Positions 1-9,990 are shown, counted from the stretch's first letter. The stretch: DNA of 64,000 bases from Anaerolineales bacterium (GCA_034434515.1 DAOTZA010000084.1:7261-71260); one strand, 5' to 3'. The notes: generated by a model from the sequence alone, not told the origin. Numbers and translations: made by a program.

Positions 1-601
1 TTCGAAGCGGTTCACCATTGCTTTTTGTTAAAACGCCATTGACAACTTTCTGACCGCTAAGAAAATCAGCGGTCAGTTTGACCACCTCGATGGTAATTTC
101 GCCCATGTGTCGTATTTGCTGGATTTCTTGTTCGTCTTTTGAGCTCCGAGCCAGACCTAATAAGGTGTGGTCCGATTCTGAAACAATTTCAATCTCGGGC
201 ATGAGATCACATAGCTTGGTGAAAACCGAGTAAGCCAGCCCGACTTCACTCATTCCATAGAGTGCTATTCGCCCTTTATGAACGCCCAAATCTTCAAGCA
301 TCCGTTGATAGCGCATTGCTCGCGCCAGAATTGCATCTCCTTGGGCTTCTTCTAACAAGCGCTTAGGGTGGTACACTTCAATGGATTGGGTTGCCAATCC
401 GGTTTTAGCAGCTTCTTCCCGTTCCATCGCTGAAGCAAAATACAGCAGGGGTTCCTTTCCGACCACCTTGATCAGCTCCGCCTGCGAGACATGAACTCGT
501 CCGGTGAAGTAAACCATAGCCGGATTGTGTTGCGCTGCGCCAACCACAAAAACCACATCAATCTGATTCTCTTGCATCAAACGGTCAAGGTCGTTTTTCA
601 T
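1..601 (-). CDS. M24-family Xaa-Pro aminopeptidase, N-terminal ~200 aa only (runs off the window edge)
   Basis: Open minus-strand frame from ATG 601..599 to position 2. It is absent from the ORF track because no stop lies in the window. My translation is MKNDLDRLMQENQIDVVFVVGAAQHNPAMVYFTG...SKDEQEIQQIRHMGEIT. This looks like a creatinase/prolidase N-domain followed by the start of the M24 catalytic domain. The ATG overlaps the selA stop (ATGA). Confidence 0.6.
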   Translation of the reverse strand, partial: MKNDLDRLMQENQIDVVFVVGAAQHNPAMVYFTGRVHVSQAELIKVVGKEPLLYFASAMEREEAAKTGLATQSIEVYHPKRLLEEAQGDAILARAMRYQRMLEDLGVHKGRIALYGMSEVGLAYSVFTKLCDLMPEIEIVSESDHTLLGLARSSKDEQEIQQIRHMGEITIEVVKLTADFLSGQKVVNGVLTKSNGEPLR

Positions 602-1980
602 GGCAGCATCCCTTTCAACGCTTCGATTGCGTTGAGCAAAAGGTCATCTTGCTCGATAAACACTGTCCGAGGATCAAAAACCACTCTATCCTGCTCGATA
701 CGGGCAATAATTGGCGGGGTATTGTGGCGTAATTCTTTTAGATACTTCTCCGCCTGCCGCGCTTTCACCGCTAACAAAGCAGTAGGTAAACTTTCACCGG
801 GTAGACTTCCTCCTCCTACCGTACTCATCCCTTCAATGACCTCACTCTGGATGCCCCGCTGCGCCAACCTGTCTTTCCATTGAATTGCACGCTGGGTTAA
901 CGCCTCTTTTGAGCAAGCAATCATTTGCCAGATTGGCACCTTTTGAAGGGCCTCGTCTTTTAAGTAATGCAGCAAGGTGGCCGTAAGAGCAGCTAAAGCG
1001 ATTTTATCCGCTCTCACTGCCCGCGCAAGCGGATGATGCCGTAGCTTTTCTACCAAAGATTTTTTACCGAGAATAATTCCGGCCTGCGGACCACCTAGCA
1101 GTTTATCCCCAGAAAAACACACCAGATCTGCGCCAGCTCTTACAGCTTCTTGTACCATCGGCTCGTGGGCTAAGCCATATTGTGCGGTATCCAATAGCGC
1201 CCCAGAGCCAAGATCAACCAGCAGAGGAATGTTAGCCTCATGAGCAAGTTGGGCGATTTCGTTTAAGGTCGGCTCAGCGGTGAAGCCAATGATTTTGAAA
1301 TTCGAGCGATGGGCAACCAGGAACATGGCCGGTTTACGCTCCAATGCTGTTCGATAGTCCTCCAGATTCACTCGATTGGTCGTGCCAATCTCGATCAATT
1401 TTGCTCCCGATTGACGCATCACATCGGGGATACGAAAACCCCCACCGATTTCAACCAGTTGTGAGCGAGCAATGACTACCGCTCGGCGGCTCGCCAGACC
1501 TGCCAGTGCTAAAAGGACAGCCGCAGCGTTGTTATTCACCACCAGAGCTGCTTCAGCCTCCGTCAATTGACAAAGAGCTTTTTCTGCGTGAAATAAGCGA
1601 CTACCTCGCTTGCCTTTCTCCAAATCGTATTCAAGATTGGAATAGCTACAAGCCACTTGATAAGCCGCCTGCATCGCATCCCGACTCAGGGGGGCGCGCC
1701 CTAAATTCGTATGGATGATAACCCCGCTAGCATTGATAGTGGGAATCAGGGAGGGAGAGGTCATCGCAATCAGGTAGTCTTCGATGGAGCGGATAAGCGT
1801 GTCTTCGGTAAAAAACTTCTGCGTCTGCAAAAGTTGTTGCCGCGCCTCTTCCAATACCGTTCGCGTTGCCACCAGCGTTAACTGGCGTCCATAGACCTCT
1901 GACAAACTTTTCATCTCCTCTCGTTGAAGGACTTTTTCAACCGAGGGAAGAGAGCGTCGCGCATCAGTCAGGTGATTCAT
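598..1980 (-). CDS. selA: L-seryl-tRNA(Sec) selenium transferase
   Basis: 460-aa ORF with SelA-like sequence along its length. The PLP-lysine motif FSGDKLLGGPQAG is present. Confidence 0.9.
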   Translation of the reverse strand: MNHLTDARRSLPSVEKVLQREEMKSLSEVYGRQLTLVATRTVLEEARQQLLQTQKFFTEDTLIRSIEDYLIAMTSPSLIPTINASGVIIHTNLGRAPLSRDAMQAAYQVACSYSNLEYDLEKGKRGSRLFHAEKALCQLTEAEAALVVNNNAAAVLLALAGLASRRAVVIARSQLVEIGGGFRIPDVMRQSGAKLIEIGTTNRVNLEDYRTALERKPAMFLVAHRSNFKIIGFTAEPTLNEIAQLAHEANIPLLVDLGSGALLDTAQYGLAHEPMVQEAVRAGADLVCFSGDKLLGGPQAGIILGKKSLVEKLRHHPLARAVRADKIALAALTATLLHYLKDEALQKVPIWQMIACSKEALTQRAIQWKDRLAQRGIQSEVIEGMSTVGGGSLPGESLPTALLAVKARQAEKYLKELRHNTPPIIARIEQDRVVFDPRTVFIEQDDLLLNAIEALKGMLP

Positions 1981-2416
1981 TTTCCCTATGTGGGGCTGTC
2001 CACAAACTGCGCTCGCGCAAGGTCAAGGCGACTTCAATCACCAAAAAACACAAGGCGATAAATACTGCCAGTCCGGCGGTTAAAACTCGCGCAACCTGCA
2101 ACCAGGCTAAAGTAGGGAAATAAATTCCAGCCCACAATGCCTGACGCACCACACTGCTAACGGGGGTAGGTTTTTTACCCGGAAAGCGGATATGTAGGAA
2201 GACAATTATAGGAAGGGCAGTGCCGGTAAAAGCTAAAACCGCTAGAAAGTAAAATAACCAGCGCATCCCTAAGGTGGGCAAGGTAAAGAAAATCAAATAC
2301 GCTAATCCCCCCCAACCAATCGCCATGAGGCTGAACGAGAGCGGCAGATAATCTCCCAGACGCAGCGTTGGTGGAATTGAAGCGGGAGAGACAGATTGAA
2401 GCTTGGAGTCCATCAT
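1964..2416 (-). CDS. hypothetical integral membrane protein
   Basis: 150-aa ORF with about 4 hydrophobic helices. It overlaps the selA start by 17 nt. No recognisable family. Confidence 0.5.
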   Translation of the reverse strand: MMDSKLQSVSPASIPPTLRLGDYLPLSFSLMAIGWGGLAYLIFFTLPTLGMRWLFYFLAVLAFTGTALPIIVFLHIRFPGKKPTPVSSVVRQALWAGIYFPTLAWLQVARVLTAGLAVFIALCFLVIEVALTLRERSLWTAPHRENESPD

Positions 2417-2535
2417 GAAGAGAAATCACCATCTCATTTCGTTTTTTTTTAAATTATAGCATACCCGAGAAAACCTCAGAAGCACAGTTATAATACGCTA
2501 AAATCGCACACCCACCAAAAGAAAGGAAGTTTTGT

Positions 2536-4797
2536 ATGGCAACCATTACCCGCGAAGAAGCCCTCGAATATCACAAGTTACAGGGCAAACCAGGCAAAAT
2601 TTCAGTCATTCCGACCAAACCCATGCTCACCCAACGCGACTTGTCCCTCGCCTATACACCTGGGGTTGCCATTCCGGTGCTTGAAATAGAACAAGACCCC
2701 GATACGAGTTACGAGTACACGGCAAAAGGTAATCTGGTGGCGGTTCTGACCAACGGGACAGCCATCCTTGGCTTAGGCGATCGAGGCGCACTGGCAGCAA
2801 AGCCAGTTATGGAAGGTAAAGCTGTCTTGTTCAAGCGTTTTGCAGATGTTGATGCCATCGACATCGAAGTCGATAGCCGAGACGCGGATGTCGTCATTCA
2901 GGTTGCCCGCGCGATCTCGCCTTCCTTTGGCGGCATTAATTTAGAGGACATCAAAGCCCCAGAATGCTTTTACATTGAAGAGACCTTAAGATCTCTTTTG
3001 GATATTCCGGTCTTCCATGACGATCAACATGGCACAGCGATTATTTCGGGGGCTGCGCTGTTGAACGGGTTGGAACTGGTGGGTAAGAAGATTGCGGATG
3101 TCAAAATCGTTGTTTCCGGAGCTGGTGCATCAGCCATCTCTTGTGCCGAATTAATGATCAAATTAGGGGCAAAGCGTGAAAACATTCTCCTGGTAGACAC
3201 CCGCGGGGTGGTATATAAAGGTCGCCAGGAAGGGATGAACCCATATAAAGAACGCTTTGCGGCTGAAACCGAGGCTCGCTCGCTAGCCGATGCTGTTAGA
3301 GCAGCAGACGTCTTTTACGGCTTATCTGTAAAGGATATTTTGACTCCCGAGATGGTCAAGACCATGGCAGAACGTCCGCTAATTTTTGCGATGTCCAATC
3401 CTGACCCAGAAATCCGCTACGAACTGGCAAAAGAAGCTCGACCGGATGCCATTGTTGCCACCGGTCGCTCCGATTACCCGAATCAAATTAATAACGTCCT
3501 GGGCTTTCCCTTCATTTTTCGCGGCGCGTTAGATGTGCGCGCCAGAACAATCAACGATGAGATGAAAGTGGCCGCCAGCCATGCTTTGGCTGCTTTAGCC
3601 AAAGAAGATGTGCCAGATAGCGTTCTGCGCGCCTATAACCTTGAAAACCTGAAATTTGGACCGGATTACATTATTCCAAAACCGCTTGATCCGCGCGTGT
3701 TGCTCTGGGAAGCGCCAGCAGTTGCCAAAGCTGCCATCGAGAGCGGCGTGGCTCGCAAAGCACTCGATATCGATGAATATCGCCAACAACTCGCTTTCCG
3801 GCTGGGCATGGGAGAACAAATCCGCTATTATATCCTCAATAAAGCCAAATCTGCCCCCAGGTTGATGCGCATTTGTTTTGCCGAAGGGGAAGAATCGAAA
3901 ATCATTCGTGCTGCCTATCAGATCATGGAAGAAAAGATCGGCGAACCAATATTAATTGGCAGAGCGGATGTCATCTGTCAAAAAATAACCGACCTTGGGC
4001 TGAGTTGTACCCCTCATGTTATCGATCCTCATCACTATGAACGAACCGAAGCGTATGCTGAAGCGTTCTACCTATTGCGTCAGCGCAAGGGAATTACGCT
4101 CAAAGATGCCCGCCAACGGATTTTAGATCCCAACGTATTCGGCCCAATGATGGTCAAAATGGGTGATGCCGATGCCTTTGTTTCGGGATTGACCTACGAC
4201 TACCCGGATGTGATTCGCCCAGCTCTCCAGATTCATCACACTAGGCCCGGCACGCAGCGGGCAGCGGGCATTTACATCATGATTGTCAATGATCGTACCT
4301 ATCTATTCACAGATGCTACGGTCAATATCGATCCATCCGCAGAAGACCTGGCTGAAATTGCCTGTCTGGCAGCCGATTTTGCTCAACAGCTTGGCATCGA
4401 ACCGCGGGTCGCCTTGCTTTCTTTCTCCAATTTTGGCAGTACCATTCATCCACTATCGCTCAAGGTCAAAAAGGCGGTTGAGCTCATTCGTCAACGGCGT
4501 CCAGAGTTAACGGTAGATGGCGAAATGCAAGCGGACACTGCGGTCAGCCCTGAGATCATCCAGGAACGCTATCCCTTCAGTCGCGTCTCGGATGCCAATG
4601 TTTTGGTATTTCCCTCCCTCGAATCCGCCAATATCGCTTATAAATTGCTGGCTCGGCTCGGAAACGCTCAGGCAATTGGGCCGATCTTACTGGGAATTGG
4701 CGCGCCAATTCATGTCTTACAAACCGGGGAAGAGGTACGCAATATCGTCAATATCGCCGCGGTAGCTGTTATGGATGCAATGAGCCGTAAGCCTTGA
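2536..4797 (+). CDS. maeB: NADP-dependent malic enzyme (malic enzyme domain fused to a phosphotransacetylase-like domain)
   Basis: 753 aa. The N-terminus ([26 protein letters not shown]) is malic-enzyme type. The C-terminal ~330 aa is PTA-like. AAAGGAAG lies upstream of the ATG. Confidence 0.9.
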   Translation: MATITREEALEYHKLQGKPGKISVIPTKPMLTQRDLSLAYTPGVAIPVLEIEQDPDTSYEYTAKGNLVAVLTNGTAILGLGDRGALAAKPVMEGKAVLFKRFADVDAIDIEVDSRDADVVIQVARAISPSFGGINLEDIKAPECFYIEETLRSLLDIPVFHDDQHGTAIISGAALLNGLELVGKKIADVKIVVSGAGASAISCAELMIKLGAKRENILLVDTRGVVYKGRQEGMNPYKERFAAETEARSLADAVRAADVFYGLSVKDILTPEMVKTMAERPLIFAMSNPDPEIRYELAKEARPDAIVATGRSDYPNQINNVLGFPFIFRGALDVRARTINDEMKVAASHALAALAKEDVPDSVLRAYNLENLKFGPDYIIPKPLDPRVLLWEAPAVAKAAIESGVARKALDIDEYRQQLAFRLGMGEQIRYYILNKAKSAPRLMRICFAEGEESKIIRAAYQIMEEKIGEPILIGRADVICQKITDLGLSCTPHVIDPHHYERTEAYAEAFYLLRQRKGITLKDARQRILDPNVFGPMMVKMGDADAFVSGLTYDYPDVIRPALQIHHTRPGTQRAAGIYIMIVNDRTYLFTDATVNIDPSAEDLAEIACLAADFAQQLGIEPRVALLSFSNFGSTIHPLSLKVKKAVELIRQRRPELTVDGEMQADTAVSPEIIQERYPFSRVSDANVLVFPSLESANIAYKLLARLGNAQAIGPILLGIGAPIHVLQTGEEVRNIVNIAAVAVMDAMSRKP

Positions 4798-5652
4798 TCA
4801 GCGCAGGGTACCTGTCTCGCGGGTCAACAATCGGTATAGGGCATTCAACTCCTGGATAATTTCGGATTGGCGCTGAGAGATAAACTGGGAGACAATTAAT
4901 CGATATTGTTCATCGGGTTGGAGGCGAATACCAACGCGGTAGCGACGCGTGTTTGCCTCCGTATAATGATTCGAAATGATACCATATACCTCGATTTCTG
5001 GCGAGTGAACGGTCTTAATGGCGGTTGTGTCATCCCGATCACTGCCATACGAGGGAGTGTGAATCGATGAAAGGCGTAATTGCGTTCGATCGTATCGATT
5101 GATCTCCGCTGCGCTGCCCCCTTCATACCGTTTGGGTTGTTTGATTTGAAACACCCCCGGTAAGCGAAGCGAAATTGCCACTTTCTTCCCCTGACGAAAA
5201 AGATGCGTGTAAACCTCATTATCCGGCAGGTAAATCCCCATGCCATCCAGGGAAATATCAGCCAATTCCCCCCGAATCGCTTCAGTCCGCTCAGGCAATT
5301 GAAGTTCTCCTGTCACACCCTCTTTCGGCCACACCCGAATCTGTCGTCGGTCTCCGATCCCGTCGCGGGTGTACTCAAACTCGGTTAAGGTGGCTTGAAG
5401 CACCTGCGGCTCTAACCGCTCCACGCGGGCGCGGATGACCGCCGGGAAACCCGGATACTGGATATAGGTTTGCCTTTCCTGATACAGACAAACCAGTTGA
5501 TAGCGCTCGGTCTTTACCGTAATAGAATTCTGTCCGACATAAACAATCGCAGCCGGAAAAGCAATCGGAATCCCCTGATAAACATTGAGCAAACGGATTT
5601 CTGCCTCTGCACTAGCCAGTCGGCGCAATAGGTCTAGGATTCCGACATCCAT
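4798..5652 (-). CDS. PilZ domain protein (putative c-di-GMP receptor)
   Basis: 284 aa. The PilZ motifs RRQIR (RxxxR) and DISLDGMG (D/NxSxxG) are present. Its stop codon directly abuts the maeB stop (TGATCA). Confidence 0.7.
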   Translation of the reverse strand: MDVGILDLLRRLASAEAEIRLLNVYQGIPIAFPAAIVYVGQNSITVKTERYQLVCLYQERQTYIQYPGFPAVIRARVERLEPQVLQATLTEFEYTRDGIGDRRQIRVWPKEGVTGELQLPERTEAIRGELADISLDGMGIYLPDNEVYTHLFRQGKKVAISLRLPGVFQIKQPKRYEGGSAAEINRYDRTQLRLSSIHTPSYGSDRDDTTAIKTVHSPEIEVYGIISNHYTEANTRRYRVGIRLQPDEQYRLIVSQFISQRQSEIIQELNALYRLLTRETGTLR

Positions 5653-5764
5653 TTTCGTCTCATTTCATAAATAAAAAGAAGAATATGCAGCTACTATTCA
5701 CACAGGAATTATACTGCTCATGAAATATAAAATCCATAAAAATTACGTAAGGTTTACCCAAAAA

Positions 5765-6514
5765 TCAGGCTTGCACAATCCGTCCGTCGGCCAGGGAAAT
5801 GGTACGTTGAGCCCGTACGGCTAATTCAGGATCATGGGTCACCATCAACAAGGTCTTGCCGCGCTGAATTAAGTCTTGAAACAAATCCATGATCGTTTCT
5901 GCAGTGCGAGAATCAAGGTTACCGGTCGGTTCATCCGTGGCAACAATTGGCGGATCATTGGCTAAAGCGCGGGCGATGGCTACCCGTTGTTGTTCTCCAC
6001 CTGAAAGAAAAGAAGGCAATTGATTTGCCTGGTGTTCCACCTGGACAAGCTTGAGTAATTGATAGGCGCGCTCCAATCGTTCATTTCCCGGATAGAGGTT
6101 GCATAAGCTCATCGGCAACATCACATTTTCGATTACGGTTAATGTCGGTAATAGTTGAAAGAACTGGAAGACGACTCCAATCGTCCTTCCCCTCCAGACC
6201 GCCTTCTCACTCTCTTTCAACAAATGAACTGGAGTTTGCTCAATATAAATTTCTCCGCTGGAGGGCTGATCGATGCCAGTAATCAAATTGATCAAGGTGG
6301 TTTTTCCGCTGCCTGATTTTCCCACAATGGAGACAAATTCCCCGGCGTGAATTTGCAGGTTAACATTCTCCAGAGCCACAAACCGCCCTGCATCCGTCTG
6401 ATAGATTTTGCTGACCTCTTTTAGCTGAATGAGTGCTCCATTTTTCTGGGGTTCTTCCATGTCAATCTCCACGCACTCCGGCTTTGGTTCAACGATGTTA
6501 TTCAGCTCATTCAT
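5765..6514 (-). CDS. ABC transporter ATP-binding protein (MacB/LolD-type NBD), downstream copy
   Basis: Walker [10 protein letters not shown], signature [15 protein letters not shown], Walker [14 protein letters not shown]-loop VTHD. The start overlaps the permease stop by 8 nt. Confidence 0.9.
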   Translation of the reverse strand: MNELNNIVEPKPECVEIDMEEPQKNGALIQLKEVSKIYQTDAGRFVALENVNLQIHAGEFVSIVGKSGSGKTTLINLITGIDQPSSGEIYIEQTPVHLLKESEKAVWRGRTIGVVFQFFQLLPTLTVIENVMLPMSLCNLYPGNERLERAYQLLKLVQVEHQANQLPSFLSGGEQQRVAIARALANDPPIVATDEPTGNLDSRTAETIMDLFQDLIQRGKTLLMVTHDPELAVRAQRTISLADGRIVQA

Positions 6515-8918
6515 AATCCAACACTTCTCGAACCTGCAACAAGGCCGCCCTTCGTGCTGGTAGCAGACTTGAAAACACTCCTATCAGTAAAATGACACAA
6601 AACCACAGCAACAAGCCAATCAACGAATAACGGAAGTTCATCTGTGTTTCCAGCACGGCGTATATAACCACCGCTGCCAGTATCGGACTGGAGATTGCTG
6701 AAGTAATCGCTCCCATCACCCAACTCACGAAACTTACAATCAGGCTTTCCGTCAAGACGATCTTAACCAAAGCGTGATTGGCTGCGCCGACTGCTCGAAG
6801 CACCCCGATTTCCCGCATTCTTTCCATAATGTTTATCCCAAGCGTACCACTCAAGCCCAGGCTGCCAACCAATGCCAACAAACCAGCCATGATGAGTAAA
6901 ACCAGCAAGATAATATTAAAAATCTCTGTAAATTCGCTAAAGAAGGACGAACGGGTGACGCTGTTGTTTTTACCGATCCCGGCATTGCGAAAACGATCTT
7001 GTAATTTCTCGGCCAGCCGGTTTTGCGTAGCCACCGAACCCAATTTCCCTACCTCGGCAAGCACCCGAATTTCATCCACCTCATTGTGACGGCCGGTCAG
7101 ACGAGAGAGGAAAGTAAAGTCCATATAAATGCGGGGGCCAAAAATATGCTTCGAAACGATACCCACCACGGTGAAGGTATGGGTTCGCCCTCCAATTTTG
7201 ATCTGGATTTCTTTACCAACTTCAATTCCCTCTTCTTCCATGACCAGATCAGCATTGACAACTACCTGGCGAGAATTGGGCATTGCGCTCAACCAACTTC
7301 CGGCAATCAATTTGGGGTGGATCGTCTTGCTATCGGGCAACAACCCCACAATCTCTATTCCCTGGCTCTCACTGTGGTCAGAGCGCACAATAACACCCTC
7401 GCTAATTGCCCATCCTTCCGCGTATCCAACCCCTTCAATCCGTAATGCTTCTCGTTCAGCCGCGACCTTACTCACGCCGCGCGGCAAAGATAAGCGTGCA
7501 TCAAAAGCCACATAACGCTCCACATCCCGGATTTGGGCTGTCAATGAAGAATAGGTACTGAACGAAGCAATGAACATCGCCCCGGCAAGGGTTAATGTAC
7601 CTAAAGTAAACGCTAAACGAGATTTTTGTCGAAAAGTATTTCTCAAGGAGAGAAGCAAGGGTGGATTGATGGAACGAATCCGGCCGAGCAGTTGTTCAAA
7701 GCGACTGGCCCGCTTGCGATCGCTAAGTCCATACTGGTAAATTGCGTCATAGACCGAAATGCGCGTCCCCTTAAGGATCGGGAAGATAGCAACAGCTAGT
7801 GGCATCCCGATCGCTACCCCAACCTGAATCAACAAAACATCCCAGGTAAGCGTAACTCGAGTAACATCAAAGTTCAAGAATTTCGCAGCAAAATTTGCTA
7901 ACCACCAGCTTCCCGCCAATCCAAAAGGAATGGCTAAAATAAGCCCCGCCACAGAAAAGATCAAGATGTTTAAGAGATACATGCTGACGATCTGCTTTCG
8001 CGCTGCGCCAATTGCTCGCAAGATACCGATCTGTTTGGTTTGCTGAATCAGGATAGCTGAAATGGTATTGACGATCAAACCACCACTCAGCAAGGTCGCC
8101 ATGACACTCATAATTTGAAGTATCAGGATAAAACCGCGGATTTGATTATGCGCCCAGTGATCGCCTGGATCCGATCCTACTCCCGGAATGCGTATACTCA
8201 AGACCTGATAGCCAGCCGGTTCCAAAATTCGCTTCTTGATTTTATCAGCCACATCCAGGGCATAACTTTTTCCGATATCCTCGCCTTGGACCACCACTTC
8301 TAAACGATTGTAAGTTGCAGATTGCCCCATCCAACGCAACGTATCCATACTGACATAGCCGGTTGCATCACCCAGAATTGCGTACGGAATTTCATTTACA
8401 TCATGAGCTATCCCTGATAGGGTTAACGCATATTGACGGTCATCGGCCAGCTTAATGGTGACTTTATCACCGACTTCGTAACCCAATAATTGCGCTGATT
8501 GGCGTTCAAGAATGATTTCCCGAACACGAGGGGGAAACACCCCTTCTTGCATCTTAAATCGATTTACCTCAATCATAGAAGGATCAGCAATGACATGGAT
8601 GTTTAGGTTCTCAAGCTCGCCTTCCGATGACTTGATCTCTGCCCGAATGATGCGCCGCGCCTGAGCCTGCTTCACCTCCCGGACGCCTGTGGCAGCAGCA
8701 GCAATTTCCTTGGGAAAGGGGGAGACATAAAGATAAACATGGGCCGGATTCCCCTGTTTAAATTGGGTATACAAATCCCGTTGAATGATTTGCGAGGCAT
8801 TGTAAATCATTCCAATTGTGCCAACCCCCACCGCAATCGAGAGAGTTACCAGAAGGAAACGCGTCTTGTTTCCCCAAAGATCGCGCCAAATTTTCACCCA
8901 TCGTGCATCCAGTGTCAT
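6507..8918 (-). CDS. ABC transporter permease with duplicated FtsX/MacB-type halves in one polypeptide
   Basis: The track ORF runs to 8966. I prefer ATG 8918..8916 (MTLDARWVKIWRDLWGNKTRF), which overlaps the upstream NBD stop as TGATG. The protein has two 4-TM FtsX-like blocks, each preceded by a large extracytoplasmic domain. Confidence 0.85.
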   Translation of the reverse strand: MTLDARWVKIWRDLWGNKTRFLLVTLSIAVGVGTIGMIYNASQIIQRDLYTQFKQGNPAHVYLYVSPFPKEIAAAATGVREVKQAQARRIIRAEIKSSEGELENLNIHVIADPSMIEVNRFKMQEGVFPPRVREIILERQSAQLLGYEVGDKVTIKLADDRQYALTLSGIAHDVNEIPYAILGDATGYVSMDTLRWMGQSATYNRLEVVVQGEDIGKSYALDVADKIKKRILEPAGYQVLSIRIPGVGSDPGDHWAHNQIRGFILILQIMSVMATLLSGGLIVNTISAILIQQTKQIGILRAIGAARKQIVSMYLLNILIFSVAGLILAIPFGLAGSWWLANFAAKFLNFDVTRVTLTWDVLLIQVGVAIGMPLAVAIFPILKGTRISVYDAIYQYGLSDRKRASRFEQLLGRIRSINPPLLLSLRNTFRQKSRLAFTLGTLTLAGAMFIASFSTYSSLTAQIRDVERYVAFDARLSLPRGVSKVAAEREALRIEGVGYAEGWAISEGVIVRSDHSESQGIEIVGLLPDSKTIHPKLIAGSWLSAMPNSRQVVVNADLVMEEEGIEVGKEIQIKIGGRTHTFTVVGIVSKHIFGPRIYMDFTFLSRLTGRHNEVDEIRVLAEVGKLGSVATQNRLAEKLQDRFRNAGIGKNNSVTRSSFFSEFTEIFNIILLVLLIMAGLLALVGSLGLSGTLGINIMERMREIGVLRAVGAANHALVKIVLTESLIVSFVSWVMGAITSAISSPILAAVVIYAVLETQMNFRYSLIGLLLWFCVILLIGVFSSLLPARRAALLQVREVLDYE

Positions 8919-9724
8919 CACCTTTGCAACTCTCCGTCCAGGATTTCCACCACCCGCGTCGCCCATTTCAAGGCGCCCCGATCATGCGTAACCATCAATA
9001 CCGTTTTTCCTCTCGACACAAACGAAGCAAATAATTCCATAATTTCTTCCGAGGTGCGGGAATCAAGATTGCCGGTCGGTTCGTCGGCAATCAATAATGG
9101 CGGATCGTTTGCCAGAGCCCGAGCGATTGCCACCCGCTGTTGCTGTCCACCGGAAATTTTTGCCGGCACCTTCCGGGCATGATCTTCTAAGCCTACCTGG
9201 CGCAACAATTCCATTGCCCGCTCTTTTCGCGCCGGAACGGGAATCTCTCCCAGTAAATCCATGCTGATCTTAACGTTTTCCCAAATGTTCAGGGTTGGAA
9301 ACAATTGGAAAAATTGAAACACAATCCCTAAATTCTTTCCGCGCCAACGGGTTCTTTCCTCCTCCGAGAGATCCAACACCGATGTGCCGCAAAAGAAGAG
9401 CTTCCCTTTCGTTGGAGCGTCAATGGTCGTCAACAGATTGACCAGAGTCGATTTACCGGCACCAGATTTTCCAACAATAATGACGAATTCACCGGCATGA
9501 ATTGAGAGGTTAATTCCTTTCAACGCCGGTACATCGCCACTAGGAGTCTGATATACCTTCCACAAATCTTGGGCTTCCATCAAGGGAACACTGGCTGAAT
9601 CGCTTTCGGTAGGAGAAACCAGAGAATCCTTGCTCTGGTCAGGGTGAATTTCGTCAACAACAAAATTCGTCATTTTTTCCATTCTTTCGCTACGCACATC
9701 CAAATACCCGACTTTTCGACCCAT
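8918..9724 (-). CDS. ABC transporter ATP-binding protein (MacB/LolD-type NBD), upstream copy with ~45-aa N-terminal extension
   Basis: Walker A GKSGAGKST, signature [15 protein letters not shown], Walker [14 protein letters not shown]-loop VTHD. The start is uncertain: TTG 9733, ATG 9724 or ATG 9682. Confidence 0.85.
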   Translation of the reverse strand: MGRKVGYLDVRSERMEKMTNFVVDEIHPDQSKDSLVSPTESDSASVPLMEAQDLWKVYQTPSGDVPALKGINLSIHAGEFVIIVGKSGAGKSTLVNLLTTIDAPTKGKLFFCGTSVLDLSEEERTRWRGKNLGIVFQFFQLFPTLNIWENVKISMDLLGEIPVPARKERAMELLRQVGLEDHARKVPAKISGGQQQRVAIARALANDPPLLIADEPTGNLDSRTSEEIMELFASFVSRGKTVLMVTHDRGALKWATRVVEILDGELQR

Positions 9725-9844
9725 TTGTTGCAAGCCTATATCTTACTCGATATTTCTGACCATGCATGTAAGAATAAGGTTAATTTCACATAAAATATCT
9801 TTGACATAACCAACAATTTCTTTAAGCTAGATAAAAGTTTTAAA

Positions 9845-9891
9845 ACCGACTGGTCGGTATGTATTATACTTCAAACAAACCATTTTTAGAA
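9845..9891 (-). promoter_or_regulatory. candidate promoter plus palindromic operator for the ABC transporter operon
   Basis: On the minus strand: TTCTAA (9891..9886), 17-nt spacer, TATAAT (9868..9863). Immediately downstream is the inverted repeat ACCGAC-NN-GTCGGT (9845-9858), over the expected transcription start. Confidence 0.4.
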
Positions 9892-9953
9892 GCGATGGTC
9901 GTCCTTAATTTTCTATGCAAACTCTTTGGGTAACCGAATAACGGAAGAAGAAC

Positions 9954-9990
9954 CGGGATGGCTAAAACGATCAGCCGCCATCCCGTTTTT
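9954..9990. terminator. GC-rich hairpin terminator downstream of glpD, possibly bidirectional
   Basis: CGGGATGGC (9954-9962) pairs with GCCATCCCG (9977-9985), followed by TTTTT on the plus strand. On the minus strand the hairpin is followed by the U-rich GGUUCUUCUUCCGUU, 70 nt after the glpD stop. Confidence 0.55.
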
